A stretch of 64,000 bases of DNA from Octopus vulgaris (Eukaryota), in assembly GCA_951406725.2 (NCBI GenBank), contig OX597819.1, positions 61,256,001-61,320,000 of the forward strand, read 5' to 3'. The notes beneath the pieces were generated by a model. It searched no databases. It had not been told where the DNA came from and was given only the letters and a program-made list of their open reading frames with translations. Positions 52,013-64,000 of this stretch are shown here, piece by piece; the stretch's first letter is position 1; each line of letters begins with the position of its first letter. Made by a program: the position numbers and the translations under genes.

Positions 52013-52968
52013 TATACGTACATTTCGAAAACAGAAGAACCATCGGAGCCAGAGAGGAGGAGGAGAAGAGAGAGAGAGAGAGAAGGAAGGAGCAAGAGAC
52101 TTAAATAGAGAGACAGAGAGTATAGTTGCGAAGAAGACAATTGTGTGTCAGTTGTGGAAGTGGGTAAGGTAATAACAGTATAAAACGTTACTAGCCTTGT
52201 GGCCTTGAAATATAATCGGCACCAATTAGGTTTGTTATGAGTTTCACCGACAAAGCACGAGGAACCTACACCATGGTAAATGACTCCAATTAGTGACAAG
52301 CAAACTCCCATCATTAGCATAGATTTCAGCACTCTACTATGGCGTGTGGTTTGCCCTTATGTTAACCCCTAACCCAAATAGTTTTCAGGATATCATGCGT
52401 TCTATAAAGAAAATAATACATCTATCCTTGTTTATCACGGTTGTTTGGTGCCAAAAAATAAAACTGAAAAACAGAAAAAAGACGTGTTTAAAAAATAGGT
52501 GATAAATAAATGATAGAACGTATAGAAACAAAAGATCGTTCCGAGAACCATGTTGTCCCTCTAACTTATCCAAATAACAACTCCAAACAGTTGCTGAACA
52601 CATACAAGGATATGCTTTATTTTTGGAAAAATACTTAGAGTAAAATTTAGTAAGATATGAACAATAAATAATAAATACACTTGTCTTTGTCTTTTGTAAG
52701 GATCATGGGTCTTCGTATTTTTTCTGTTCACTGGTGGCCTGGTGATGTCTACTGCTGGACATCTGTCACCGAGGAACCCATAGCAGGATGAAATCACGTG
52801 AACTGGCAGTTCTGATAGCCATAGCAAACTATTCTCGTCTGTCAACGATATAATGACGAGTGCTTTGACGCACCACGCGTCCTTTTGAGGGATTTTCTCA
52901 AGGTAAATTACGCAGAAGTCTGTTCTAATACAACCTCCATTTTAAGTTGGAGACTAATACATATGTGT

Positions 52969-53007
<39 letters not shown>

Positions 53008-54260
53008 TGTATGTATATACACGTATACATACACATACATATATTATATCACACACACATAACACAATCACTTGAGGGAGAAAAGAAGGAGTATTTTAGA
53101 AGTAGATGAAGTAGAAAAGAAAACTCCAGGAAGTTATGAAGTTCTTTAATAAACAAATCCATAGTATTTTGTTGTTGTGTTCCATGACATCCCAGAGGCA
53201 TTGATCGGGTAACAGGCATAAACGAAACTGCTAGGAGTTCATTCTTTTTGCTTACTTTATGCCTTAGCAACGGTCATAAGTTAATCAAATCTCCAGTCAT
53301 TCGACATGCTAGAAATAACAGTCAAGTCTCTTCGTATCACACCATTACTCTCTTCGGAAAGGGGATAAATTGGTTCTAGATGCATTATGCATGAAGAGAA
53401 AAAGGAAAATTATGCAAGCGTGGCTGTGTGGTAAGAAGCTATATAGATCCGGGTTCAGTCCCACTATGTGGCACAGCATCGAGCTGTCCAAAATCTTGTG
53501 AATGGATTTTGGTAGACGTAAACTGAAAGAAGCCCGTCGTATATCTATATATATATTTGTATTTATGTAGTAAATGAAAGACGGAAGAAGAATATACGAG
53601 AATTTATTATTAATCACGACAATTGTTTCGAAATATCCAGCATCGATCCCTCATGGGTGGGACACTCAACAACTGGTTCAGGCGCATCGGGCGGTGTAGA
53701 TGTATCTCATCGGGTAATAAATAAATACAACTCGTTAACCTTGTTTTTCCTGTGTCATCTCATTTTCTCATTACTGCTCTATGCTCGTCAAATACTTTGT
53801 TCTCAAACATACTCCCATATTAATTGCGGTGCTACATCGGGTATTAGTTTCGAATATGCCGAAGCGCAATACATGTGTGTGTGTGTGTGTGTGTGTTGTC
53901 TCTCTCTCATATATATATATATATATGTATGTATGTATATACACAATATAATATGTGTGTGTGTGTCTTTGGTGGCGGAGTTGGCGTCCACGCTCAAACA
54001 CCTGCACCTGTGTTTGCTTCTCCCCCTTCTTCCCTCCCTCGTGAAGCTGTGGGGAAGGGCCAGTTTAAGGAAATCAACGTCGTAAAGCGTTGTCAAGGAG
54101 AAAACGTACTGAGGGTCGATTCATTCGACTAAAAATTCTTCAAGTCAGTGCCACAGCATGGCCGCAGTCTAATGACTGAAACAAGTAAAAAATGAAAAAG
54201 TAAAGAGTCATCGACTCTAACTCGTGTGGAGTACATTTATAACAGACAGACAGACAGAAC

Positions 54261-54321
<61 letters not shown>

Positions 54322-54485
54322 GTAGGTAGATAGATAGGTAGAAAGGTAGATAGATAGATAGATTGGTAGAAAGGTAGATAGATAGATAGATTAGCGCGCG
54401 TAGATGAGGTACGATAGATAGATAGATAATTTAACATCATTTTTTATTCCATTTTAGATAGCATAGATTTTTCGTGTAGATAGAT

Positions 54486-54766
54486 GGCGGCGATTGGCGT
54501 CCAGAACAGCTGCACCTGTTTGCTTCTCCCCCTTCCCTCCCTCGTGAAGCTGTGGGAAGGGAGTAGATAGATAGAAATCAACGTCGTAATAAAAGTTGTC
54601 AAGGAGACCAGCGTACTTTTAGAATAACGACTTCATGGCTTGAAATACACCATAAACAGAAATACTAAGAAAGCCCGAATACATCTATAAGGGAAGAACT
54701 CTCTACAAATGCTTATATAGTTATTTCCCTTACACAAACACGAGCAACGCCGGGCGATACTGCTAG
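54486..54766 (+). mobile_element. Non-autonomous Helitron 3' fragment
   Basis: Ends CACGAGCAACGCCGGGCGATACTGCTAG: an imperfect GC-rich hairpin ~10 nt before a terminal CTAG. Confidence 0.7.
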
Positions 54767-54906
54767 AAATTCATAACATGGGCCTTGTTTTTCCTGTGTC
54801 ATCTCATTTTCTCATTACTGCTCTATGCTCGTCAAATACTTTGTTCTCAAACATACATATATTAATTTCTACATCAGGTTATTAGTTTCGAAATGCCGAA
54901 GCGCAA

Positions 54907-54945
<39 letters not shown>

Positions 54946-54948
54946 ATG

Positions 54949-55010
<62 letters not shown>

Positions 55011-55231
55011 CAATAAAAATGGTAAATAATTTTCCTGTGGTTTATCATGTAACCAACAATTATTTACCGGTAAATTTCGGTATGTAAATACGACAAATAT
55101 ATATATATATATAAGAAGGTTAACAGCAGGCTGTTTCACCTCATACCGAAGAATTAGATGGCAGTCAAAGACCGTTTTTCCAATTTCTATAAGTGGAGAA
55201 TCCAAAACGAAGGCCCTTACGTATATGTTTC

Positions 55232-55324
55232 TGGATCGCAAACGTGGAAATCAGTTTGAATTCCGTCATCGGCACCATCGAATATAGTGACGGAATTCAA
55301 ACTGATTTCCACGTTTGCGATCCA
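55232..55324. repeat. Perfect 37-bp inverted repeat with a 19-nt spacer
   Basis: TGGATCGCAAACGTGGAAATCAGTTTGAATTCCGTCA / TGACGGAATTCAAACTGATTTCCACGTTTGCGATCCA. Confidence 0.97.
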
Positions 55325-55342
55325 TGTATATACACAATTCCT

Positions 55343-55419
<77 letters not shown>

Positions 55420-55732
55420 ATACACAATATAATATATAATATATGTGTGTTGTGTGTCTTTGTGCCTGTGATTGTCCCCCACCACTGCTTGACAACGTGT
55501 GTTGGTTCATATTCGTCCCCTAACTGATGTTGTCGGCCAAAGAAAATCGGCAGAATAAGTACAGCTTTGGCACCAGTGACGTCGCAACCCATTTCATTCA
55601 GCTGAGTAAAATTCTTCAAGGCAGTGCCACAGCATGGCCGCAGTCTAATGACTGAAACAAGTAAAAAATGAAAAAGTAAAGAGTCATCGACTCTAACTCG
55701 TGTGGAGTACATTTATAACAGACAGACAGACT

Positions 55733-55749
55733 GATAGATAGATAGGGAG

Positions 55750-55837
<88 letters not shown>

Positions 55838-55872
55838 TGGTAGATAGATAGATAGATAGATAGATAGATTGG

Positions 55873-55913
<41 letters not shown>

Positions 55914-55916
55914 TGG

Positions 55917-55969
<53 letters not shown>

Positions 55970-55972
55970 TGG

Positions 55973-56041
<69 letters not shown>

Positions 56042-56137
56042 TGGTAGATAGATATAGATAGATAGATTGGTAGATAGATATAGATAGATAGATTGGTAGA
56101 TAGATATAGATAGATAGATAGATTGATATAGAAAGAT

Positions 56138-56208
<71 letters not shown>
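55733..56208. repeat. (GATA)n array with recurrent GATTGGTA variant
   Basis: Direct observation. Confidence 0.95.
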
Positions 56209-56209
<1 letters not shown>

Positions 56210-57090
56210 AAGGCGCGCTTCCAAGCTAGCCAGCTTGATATGAATACATATACATATACAAATACACATACATATACAAATATGCATACATACATAAGAC
56301 GCTGTAGAGCACATGCATATACACACACAACACAAACAATAACAGGGAGACTGACAGAAACACGTGCCCGCGTACGAGCACAGATGCATGTCTGAAAATA
56401 GGCGGAAGTCGACCAGAATTGGACAGCAGATGACCCTAGCTTACACCTTCCCAATTAAGTACCGGAAATCTTATTACTTGGAAAATAAACGATAGCAAAC
56501 ACTTTTATAGCTCGATCTTACTGATGTATCTGATAGAAAGACTTCTTAAAAAACTTAGGTTGCCGTTGATCTGTAACTAACAACCATTGTAGTGGCTGAG
56601 TTTTCAAAAACGATTAGGTTATCAAGTGCGAAATGAGACACAAGTGAGCCAAAACAAAATGTCTCTAAAGGTTTTGTATAAACATTACGTTCCAAAAGCA
56701 CCAAGGTACAAATAAAAGCTCAGTCCTTACTGCTTACTCGATATTGTTCATGGCACGCATGCGCCAACTCACACGCACGCGCACACACACACACATACAC
56801 ACACATGCATAGAGAAGATAATACATATAGAAATAACTTTTACGCTCTATCAGTACTTATGTATATGTGCATGTATGATTCTTCCACTTCGTAAGAATAT
56901 ATATGTATGTATGTATGTATGTATGGAGGGGTTATGTAATCATACGGGTGTGCATACATGTATGTATATATTCATGCATCTAGTTATGTGTGTATTAATG
57001 TGTGTATGTATGTATGTATGTATGTATGAGTTCTGAATAGCAAGTATTTATGAATGTATGTGTGTGTGTGTGTGTGTGTGTGGGGGATAA

Positions 57091-57490
57091 AGACCCTCTT
57101 CGGTCATGAATGACCATGGAATTGCACCTAGACAGTTCCCCTCCGAAGTACAACTCCAAGCGAGGTTGTTTATGGAAGACCAGCAATCGCATATGCATAC
57201 CAAGCTCCTCTCTCCACGCCACTGATGTTGTCCAAAGAAAAGGCAAAGGCCGATACAGTTTGGCACCAGTGACGTCGCAACCCATTTCTTCAGCTGAGTG
57301 AACTGGTGTAACGTGAAATACAGTGTTTTGCTCAAGAACACAACGCACAGCCCAATCCGAGAATCAAACTCACTACATCGTGAGATCAACGCTCTAGCCA
57401 CTGAGCCATGTGCCTTCACAACACAACACACAGTCCGGTTCGGGAATCAAACTCACTACCTCATGATTGTGAGCTCGACGTTCTAACCAC
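57091..57490 (-). mobile_element. SINE family C plus a second head fragment
   Basis: Reverse complement of 31666-31992; extra head at 57420-57490. Confidence 0.87.
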
Positions 57491-57494
57491 GTGT

Positions 57495-57750
57495 GTTGTT
57501 TGTTCCTTCTCGAGTCATGCTCATAAGGGCCCGTCTCCCAGCTTCCCGGTTTCATTAGTATATAGGTTCCCCACCTAACAGGACGCCGGTTCGTCGCAGG
57601 TGAGCTGCAAGATGCAGGAGAAAAGAGTGAGAAAGAATAGAGCTTAGGTATTTTGCTCATAAACATTCACATCGCCAGGCCTGAGATTCGAACCTGCGAT
57701 TCCTCGACTGTGAGTCCGCTGCTCTAGCCACTAGGCCATGTGCCTCCACA
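57495..57750 (-). mobile_element. SINE family E, diverged
   Basis: Head and GAAACCGGGA tail segment shared with 28731-29031. Confidence 0.75.
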
Positions 57751-57834
57751 TATACATATATATATATATATATAGATAAGATAGATAGATAGATATACAT
57801 ATATATATATACAAATATGTGTTTACGCGCGCGC

Positions 57835-57923
<89 letters not shown>

Positions 57924-58536
57924 TATCTGTGTATGTGTGCCATTACTTGTTCGAAACAAGTTAGATTTTGAACGTACATGTTGTGAATGCGTATTTGGTT
58001 ATAACACATCTCCTGTGCGTATTTGCGTGTGTGTGTATGTATTCTTGATTAAAAGTGTGTAGTTTTTTTCTTTGTAACTTATGAAATGAATGTGTATATG
58101 AGTATGGCCATGTATGCGTATAATGAGTTTCCGCTTTGTGAATGATTATGAGCATATATGGAAACAAATATGTGTGTGCATGTGTGTGTGTTTGTGTCTG
58201 TGTGTGCGTGTGTATGGTGTGTGTGTGTAGGCGGCTTCTTTGTGTTTAAGTACGAATGTGTGTGTGTCTGTGTGACTGTGTATCTACACATATTTACGAA
58301 TACACATGTGAGAGCACATATGTGAGTGTGTAGACATACCCCTCTCTATCTCTCTCATATATATATACATATATATATCTGTGTGTGTGTGTGTGCATAC
58401 ATACTTAAATATATATATACACACACACAGATGCACATACATATAATGTATGTACGTACGTTTGTGTGTGTGCGTATTTATATATATATATATATATCAA
58501 TGTATGTATATATGCAGGCATGTTTGCGTGTGTACA

Positions 58537-58568
<32 letters not shown>

Positions 58569-59097
58569 CGTGTATATGTTATTGTAAATATATGGGTGTC
58601 GCGCATGTCTTTAGTGTTCAACAAACTCTCTTTTGATCTCTCGCTACTGTCATTAAAATAAAGCCCATATGAAGTTTTTAGAAGTCAGAGCCAGAGCAGA
58701 TGTGTAACGGATGAAGCCGTACGCTGACCTTTACTAAGGAAAACAAAGCGAAAAATGTGATATTTGAACTAACGGAATATAATAACTAACCTCAGTCGGA
58801 GGTAACCCGACGGCCCTCCCAGTCGTTCCCTTTGAGATGTAAACAATTCCCGGAGTTTCTGTCGATAGAAAACATGAACCCGATTTTCAGGAAAGAATGC
58901 ATTCAGGTCAGTTCCTGTTACCTTCTTCTTCCTTAGATCTGTTTGACGATTTGAACCCAGCTGTGGAAGTTCACAAAATATTTAATTATACGGCGATCCG
59001 GCTTTTGATAAATATCGTACTTATTATATGCAATTAGGAAGACTTAAAGTCAATGAGAACTAATTACTTTGGTCATGAACCTGTCACGCATCTTTTT

Positions 59098-59480
59098 ATA
59101 TTTTACTCCTTTAGTTGTTTCTATCATTAGACTGCGCCCACGCTGGGGCACTGTCTCGAAGAATTTCTAGTCGAATGAATCGACCCCTAGTATTTATTTA
59201 TGTTTTTCCTTAGAGCCTGGTACTTATTCTATCGATCTATTTACCGAACCACGTAAACAAACCAACGCCGGTTTTCAAGCGGTGGTGGGGAGATAAACAC
59301 ACACAGAAACACACCCATACCCTCCCCACACACATATATATATATACACGATGGGCTTCTTTCAGTTTCCGTCTACCAGATCCACTCACAAGGCTTTGGT
59401 CGGTCCGAGGCTATAGCAGAAAGCATTCGTCCAAGGAACCACTCAGTGGGACTGAACGCGGGACCTTGTGATCGAGAAAC
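59098..59480 (-). mobile_element. SINE family B
   Basis: Reverse complement of the family B pattern. Confidence 0.83.
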
Positions 59481-59586
59481 AAAAGTGATGGTAGTAATGG
59501 TAGTGGTGGTGAGTCGAAATTACTGTGATTGTAATCAAATGCAATTATTATTTGACATTCATTTAAATTTTGTGTGTGTTTTCGTA

Positions 59587-59720
59587 CGCAGCAGAACCAG
59601 AGATAGACCTCGGTTTGTGTGGATGGATGGAATGAGGAGAGCTTTGGTGGTTAGAGGTGTTGGAGTGAGAGAGGCAAGAGAGTTTATAAATGATAGGAAA
59701 GCTTCAAGAGTCTTAATTTC
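59587..59720 (+). pseudogene. RTE-clade LINE C-terminal fragment
   Basis: RSRTRDRPRFVWMDGMRRALVVRGVGVREAREFINDRKASRVLI matches the RTE end pattern GxRxRGRPRxxWxDGVxxxLxxRG...ARxxxxDRxxWR. Confidence 0.65.
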
Positions 59721-59872
59721 CGTGGTTTGCAACACCAAAGTACTAAAAAATAAAACCAAGAAATCCCACCCAACTCCTCGGTATTTTCTTTATCCATTGA
59801 ACAGTGACAGCCATTCCAAAACTCCTTGGTTTGTTACTGCTTTAAGGTAAACCTGATTATTTCTATGATAGC

Positions 59873-60455
59873 GTGTGGCGTAGTGGTTAGGGAGTATTTG
59901 ACTCATTAACGTAAGATCGTGGGTTCGATTCCCGGCGGAGTGTTGTGTCTTTGAGCTAGACATTTTATTGCCCATTGAGTTCCATCTGCTGACAAAAATG
60001 AGCTGTTCTCGTATTTCAATGGGTAATCGCAATCTGTGAGACGCTGCATCTATCTTCCTGTGTACGACGTTATGGGTACGCGAGTTTGTGGAGTGCTCAG
60101 CCACTTGCACACTAATTTCACGAGCAGGATGTACCCGTTGAACCGATCAACGGATCGTTGATCAAATCAATAGATCGCTTATCGAAAGCAGCGAGCTGGT
60201 AGAAACGTTAGCACTCCGGGCGAAATGCTTAGTGATATTTCGCCTGTCTTTACATTCTGAGTTCAAATTCCGCCGAGGTCGACTTTGCCTTTCATCCTTT
60301 CGGGGCCGATAAATTAAGTACAAGTTGCGTACTTGGGTCGATCTAATCGACTGGCCCCCTCCCTGAAAATTTAGGGCCTTGTATCTAGAGAAGAAAAGAA
60401 TAGATCGTTGATCGGATCAACTGCAACACTCGTCGTCATAACCGACAGTCTTCCA
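59873..60455 (+). mobile_element. SINE D with a nested SINE A (60188-60398)
   Basis: The family D tail is split; imperfect duplication AATAGATCGCTTATCG / AATAGATCGTTGATCG flanks the SINE A. Confidence 0.85.
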
Positions 60456-61579
60456 GTTTGTTGTTAGTTATCTCTACATGAGCTCCGTATATTACTGGTA
60501 TTTTGTAATGTTTCCCGTGGCTATACTGAATTCAAGTCTCCAGTAATTAATTTACTGATTGGCTATCACCCTTATTAGAACAATGTTGTGTGACACTGTT
60601 TGTTATTGGTTTGAGTTCAAATCCTAGAGTGGTCATCTTAGACTTGTTTTTTAATCTTGATCAATAAACATAAGTACCAGACATGAGTTGAAGTCGAATT
60701 AATCGATTATAACCTTCTCTTAGAAATGCGTGGCCGTGTGCCAATGTAAGAAATCGATAGATTAATAAAGCAAATGACTATTAATAATATATCTGAGGCA
60801 AAGTCAAACAAAACGAAATATTTCGGAAAGAAAGATGCAGAGAAAGAGTGAGAGAGAGATAAAGAAAAAAAGAGGGAGGAAAGAGGAAGAGAAAGAGAGA
60901 GAGAGAAGCAGGAGAGAGGAGAGAGAGAAGTGTCATCTAACAGCACAGCAGTTGTCTTGAAACCAAACTACTTTTATTCACAGTAAGTCGCTCGTCAAGC
61001 AATAAATTCGGTAAACAGTTGCTCTTATTGAAGCTAGATCGATAAACTGAAATCAAAACATCCCCATATTAAATTTCTGCTCTTGAAATAGCTCTGTCCT
61101 AGTTCTTTCCTGATTTTCCAACGGTTATAAAAATAAATCTGCCAATCCTTCCCCGCCTTCCCACCTCCGAACATTTATAATGGTGAAGGTTAACAGCATC
61201 AGGTAATTTATGACTTAATAAGCTGCAACTATTAAATAAACTTCAGCCGAATAAATTAATATGTTCAGCTGTAAGAACATCGTTTACAAATATGAGATGT
61301 TAAGGCTGTGGTACAACAAAAAATAGTGTGCTCTGTCGTAGTGGATGATGTTTAGTGTCCAATATGTAAGTAAGTTTATCTCGAGGGCGGCCTGTGGTCA
61401 TGTCTGGCCGTGTGATGACGTGCCTGGAAAGATTCTCTACAAGGTGCAAGTGAGAGTAGGACTTCTGAGGAAAACTAGAAGCTACCCTTCTCACTTCACG
61501 CTACCGATGATGCCCAAGGGAAATGGTGGGGGTGCCGATACAGCCGATTCAGATTACCATCAATATCTTCTTTGACATT

Positions 61580-61770
61580 AAGGCGGGGAGCTGGCAGAGT
61601 AGTTAGCACATCGGGTAAAATACTTAGCGGCATTTCGTCCGCCATTACGTTCTGAGTTCAAATTCTGTCGAGGTCGACTTTATCATTCATCCTTTCAGGA
61701 TCGATGAAATAGGTAATCGACTTGCCTCTCCTCTTAAAATTGCTGGCCTTGAGAGAAAATTAGAAAGAAT
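61580..61770 (+). mobile_element. SINE family A
   Basis: Family A head and core. Confidence 0.83.
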
Positions 61771-62059
61771 ATTTGAAGACTTCTTAGTCCTATCCCTCAT
61801 GTGAAACGAATCGCTGAGTGATTAACGTGTAGGGTTTGTGCTCTAACCTAATATCCTGTCTAAATGCGGATTTAGTCTTCATCTACTTAGCGCTTTAAAA
61901 ATAGAAGTGAAACACGGACCCTGTAGATAGATGTGATTCGTGACAGGATTAGCTTCTAATTCCTGATACCTAATAAAAATAAATAAATATAAAAAAAAAA
62001 AACTGAAAACAACAACAAAAGCATATGCTCACATGGCAACATGCTGAAGATCAATAGTT

Positions 62060-63020
62060 TTGAATTTTGGCACAAGGCTAGCAATTTTTGAGAAGGGGTT
62101 GAGTCGATTACTTCGCTCCCAGTCCTCAACTGGCACTTATTTTATCGACTCCGAATGGATTAGGCACAAGACCCGAAATTTTGGGGAGGGAGCTAGTCGA
62201 TTAGATCGACCCCAGTATGCAATTGGTACTTTATTTATCGATCCTGAAAGTCGACCTCGGCAGAATTTGAACTCAGAACGTAACACAGAAGAATTACCGC
62301 TCGCCTTTCGTTCGGCGTGCTAGCGATTCTGCCAGCTCGCTGCCTTCCTGCAGAAAATTAATCTTTTCTATTTTATGCACAAGGCCTGAAATTTGGAGAA
62401 AGATTACTCGATTAGACCGACCATAATGCGTAACTGGTACTTATTTCATCGCCCTTGAAACGATGAAAGACAAAAGTTGATCTCGACGGAATTTGAATTC
62501 AGCATTTTGTCCTGTGCACTAACGGTTCTGTCATTTCGCAGCTCCAGTCTTTTCTCTATATTGTTTTCAAATTTTGGTACCAGGCAAGCAATATTGAGGG
62601 GTGGGGTAAGTCGGTTACATCGACCCCAGTAATCAACTGGTACTTATTTTAACGACTCTGAAAGGATGAAAAGCAAAGTCGACATCGGTGTAATTTGAAC
62701 TCAGAACGTAAAGACGGACGAAATACCTATTTCTTTATTACCCACAAGGGGCTAAACACAGAACGGACAAACAAGGACAGACAAAGGTAGTAAGTCGATT
62801 ACATCGACCCCAGTGCGTAACTGGTACTTAATTTATCGACCCCGAAAGGATGAAAGGCAAAGTCGACCTCGGCGGAATTTGAACTCACAACGTAACGCAG
62901 ACAAAATACCGCTAAGCATTTCGCCCGGCGTGCTAACGTTTCTGCCAGCTCGCCGCCTTTCGACGGACGAAATACCACCATACGTTTTTGTCTGGCGTAC
63001 TTACGGTTCTGCCACCCCAC
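62060..63020 (-). mobile_element. SINE A cluster including a tail-2 copy (62728-62961) nested in an older copy
   Basis: 15-bp duplication GACGGACGAAATACC at 62713-62727 and 62962-62976; the host head resumes after 62976. Confidence 0.9.
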
Positions 63021-63899
63021 AAACTATACTTGTATCTATATGAAAAGCAATTATTGCAAAAGTAAGCAAATCAGCAAGTAGAAGACATACGGAATATTCC
63101 GATAAGATGAGTTCATGTAGTGATTTAGATAAATTACTTCACTGAATTCACCTCGGCTCCTGGGTCAGTTGAGAGAATCATGATTTCTCATTTTCCTTTA
63201 AACTAAATCGCAGACTTCATTTAAAAGAAAAAGGAGAAAAAATGATTGGAACAACTTATAAATGTAGCTGTATTTAACATACATCGTAATTACCATTGTG
63301 TGGTTAAGAGAGTGAAATCTCCTTTAGTAATTACATACTGAGTAATCTTTTGTACATTGCAAACACTAACGATAAAAACAGAAATTTAATGAGAAAAGCA
63401 TAAGGACAGATGAATACATATATGTTTTTATATATATATATATATATGATGTGTGTGTGTTAATAATTGGATTTTAACAGCAGTTATATAGTAAGAATCC
63501 ATAATATTTGGAGGTTTCCCTTGAGGAAAGTAAGAAGCATGAGCTTATAGTTTGGGTTATTTAGGTACAATTAATTATTTCTTTTAAATTTCTGAACCAA
63601 AGCAATGTGTGTGTTACTATACAGCAAAACTATAAAAACATGGACGTTTTCTTATATGAAGTTAAGAAGGAAAAAACATCTATACCAAACATACATAGAA
63701 TATATGCCCTAATAACCACATGCACATACATGCATATATGCATACATGCATATATACATACACACATACATATATATATGCATACAGACAGACAGGCAAG
63801 CAGACAGACAAGCAGAGAAACAGATACACTCGCGGACACACGCACGCATAGACACACAAACACACACACACGTTGAAACAATTTGGACTCTCCTGTCGT

Positions 63900-64000
63900 A
63901 CCAGTGATCGTGAGTTCCAGTCTCGGATCGATCAGCACGTTGTGACCCTGAGCAAAACACATCATTTCACGTGGCACCAGTCCACTCGGTTGTAAATGGG
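63900..64000 (+). mobile_element. SINE head/core (family C/D type), cut by the window end
   Basis: TCGTGAGTTCCAGTCTC..TGTGACCCTGAGCAAAACAC..CCAGTCCACTCGGTTGTAAATGGG. Confidence 0.65.

Larger units (their letters stand above)
53739..55735. repeat. Local imperfect duplication (53739-53930 vs 54783-55000; 54131-54260 vs 55608-55735; 53972-54110 vs 54486-54610)
   Basis: Near-identical non-repetitive blocks repeated within ~2 kb. Confidence 0.88.

Noticed and set aside
52690-52930. Complex-looking segment as a possible exon
   Set aside because: All three plus frames contain stops and the open minus frame has no recognisable homology.
61918-61950. ACCCTGTAGAT resembling miR-10
   Set aside because: The match stops after 11 nt and there is no proper precursor hairpin.

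Overview
AT-rich eukaryotic non-coding DNA saturated with microsatellites and short retroposons. The repeat families and (TA)n/(CA)n/(TATG)n/(GATA)n/(AAT)n density look like an octopus (coleoid) genome; this is recognised from memory, not from a search. I found no intact host protein-coding gene: nearly all ORF-track entries are translated microsatellites or SINEs. The real protein homology is all transposon-derived: a 5'-truncated R4/Dong-type RLE LINE (6753-8312, minus) sitting in a (TAA)n array, two more RLE-LINE remnants, a decayed mariner transposase, two Penelope-type GIY-YIG remnants and an RTE C-terminal scrap. Also present are at least five tRNA-derived SINE families (my labels A-E), a MITE, Helitron-like ends and a 5'-damaged tRNA-Glu(TTC). 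The best candidates for something undescribed are: (1) a ~555-bp headless, structured, non-coding element (4 copies) always found in (AAT)n arrays in the same polarity as the Dong LINE, suggesting a microsatellite-targeting autonomous/non-autonomous pair; (2) a minimal hammerhead ribozyme motif at 1146-1180 (minus); (3) a SINE tail variant that repeatedly inserts at GGTWTTTC inside older copies of its own family; (4) fold-back palindromes centred on (TA)n; (5) a MITE whose inverted ends each carry an octamer plus CCAAT pair. None is proven from sequence alone.
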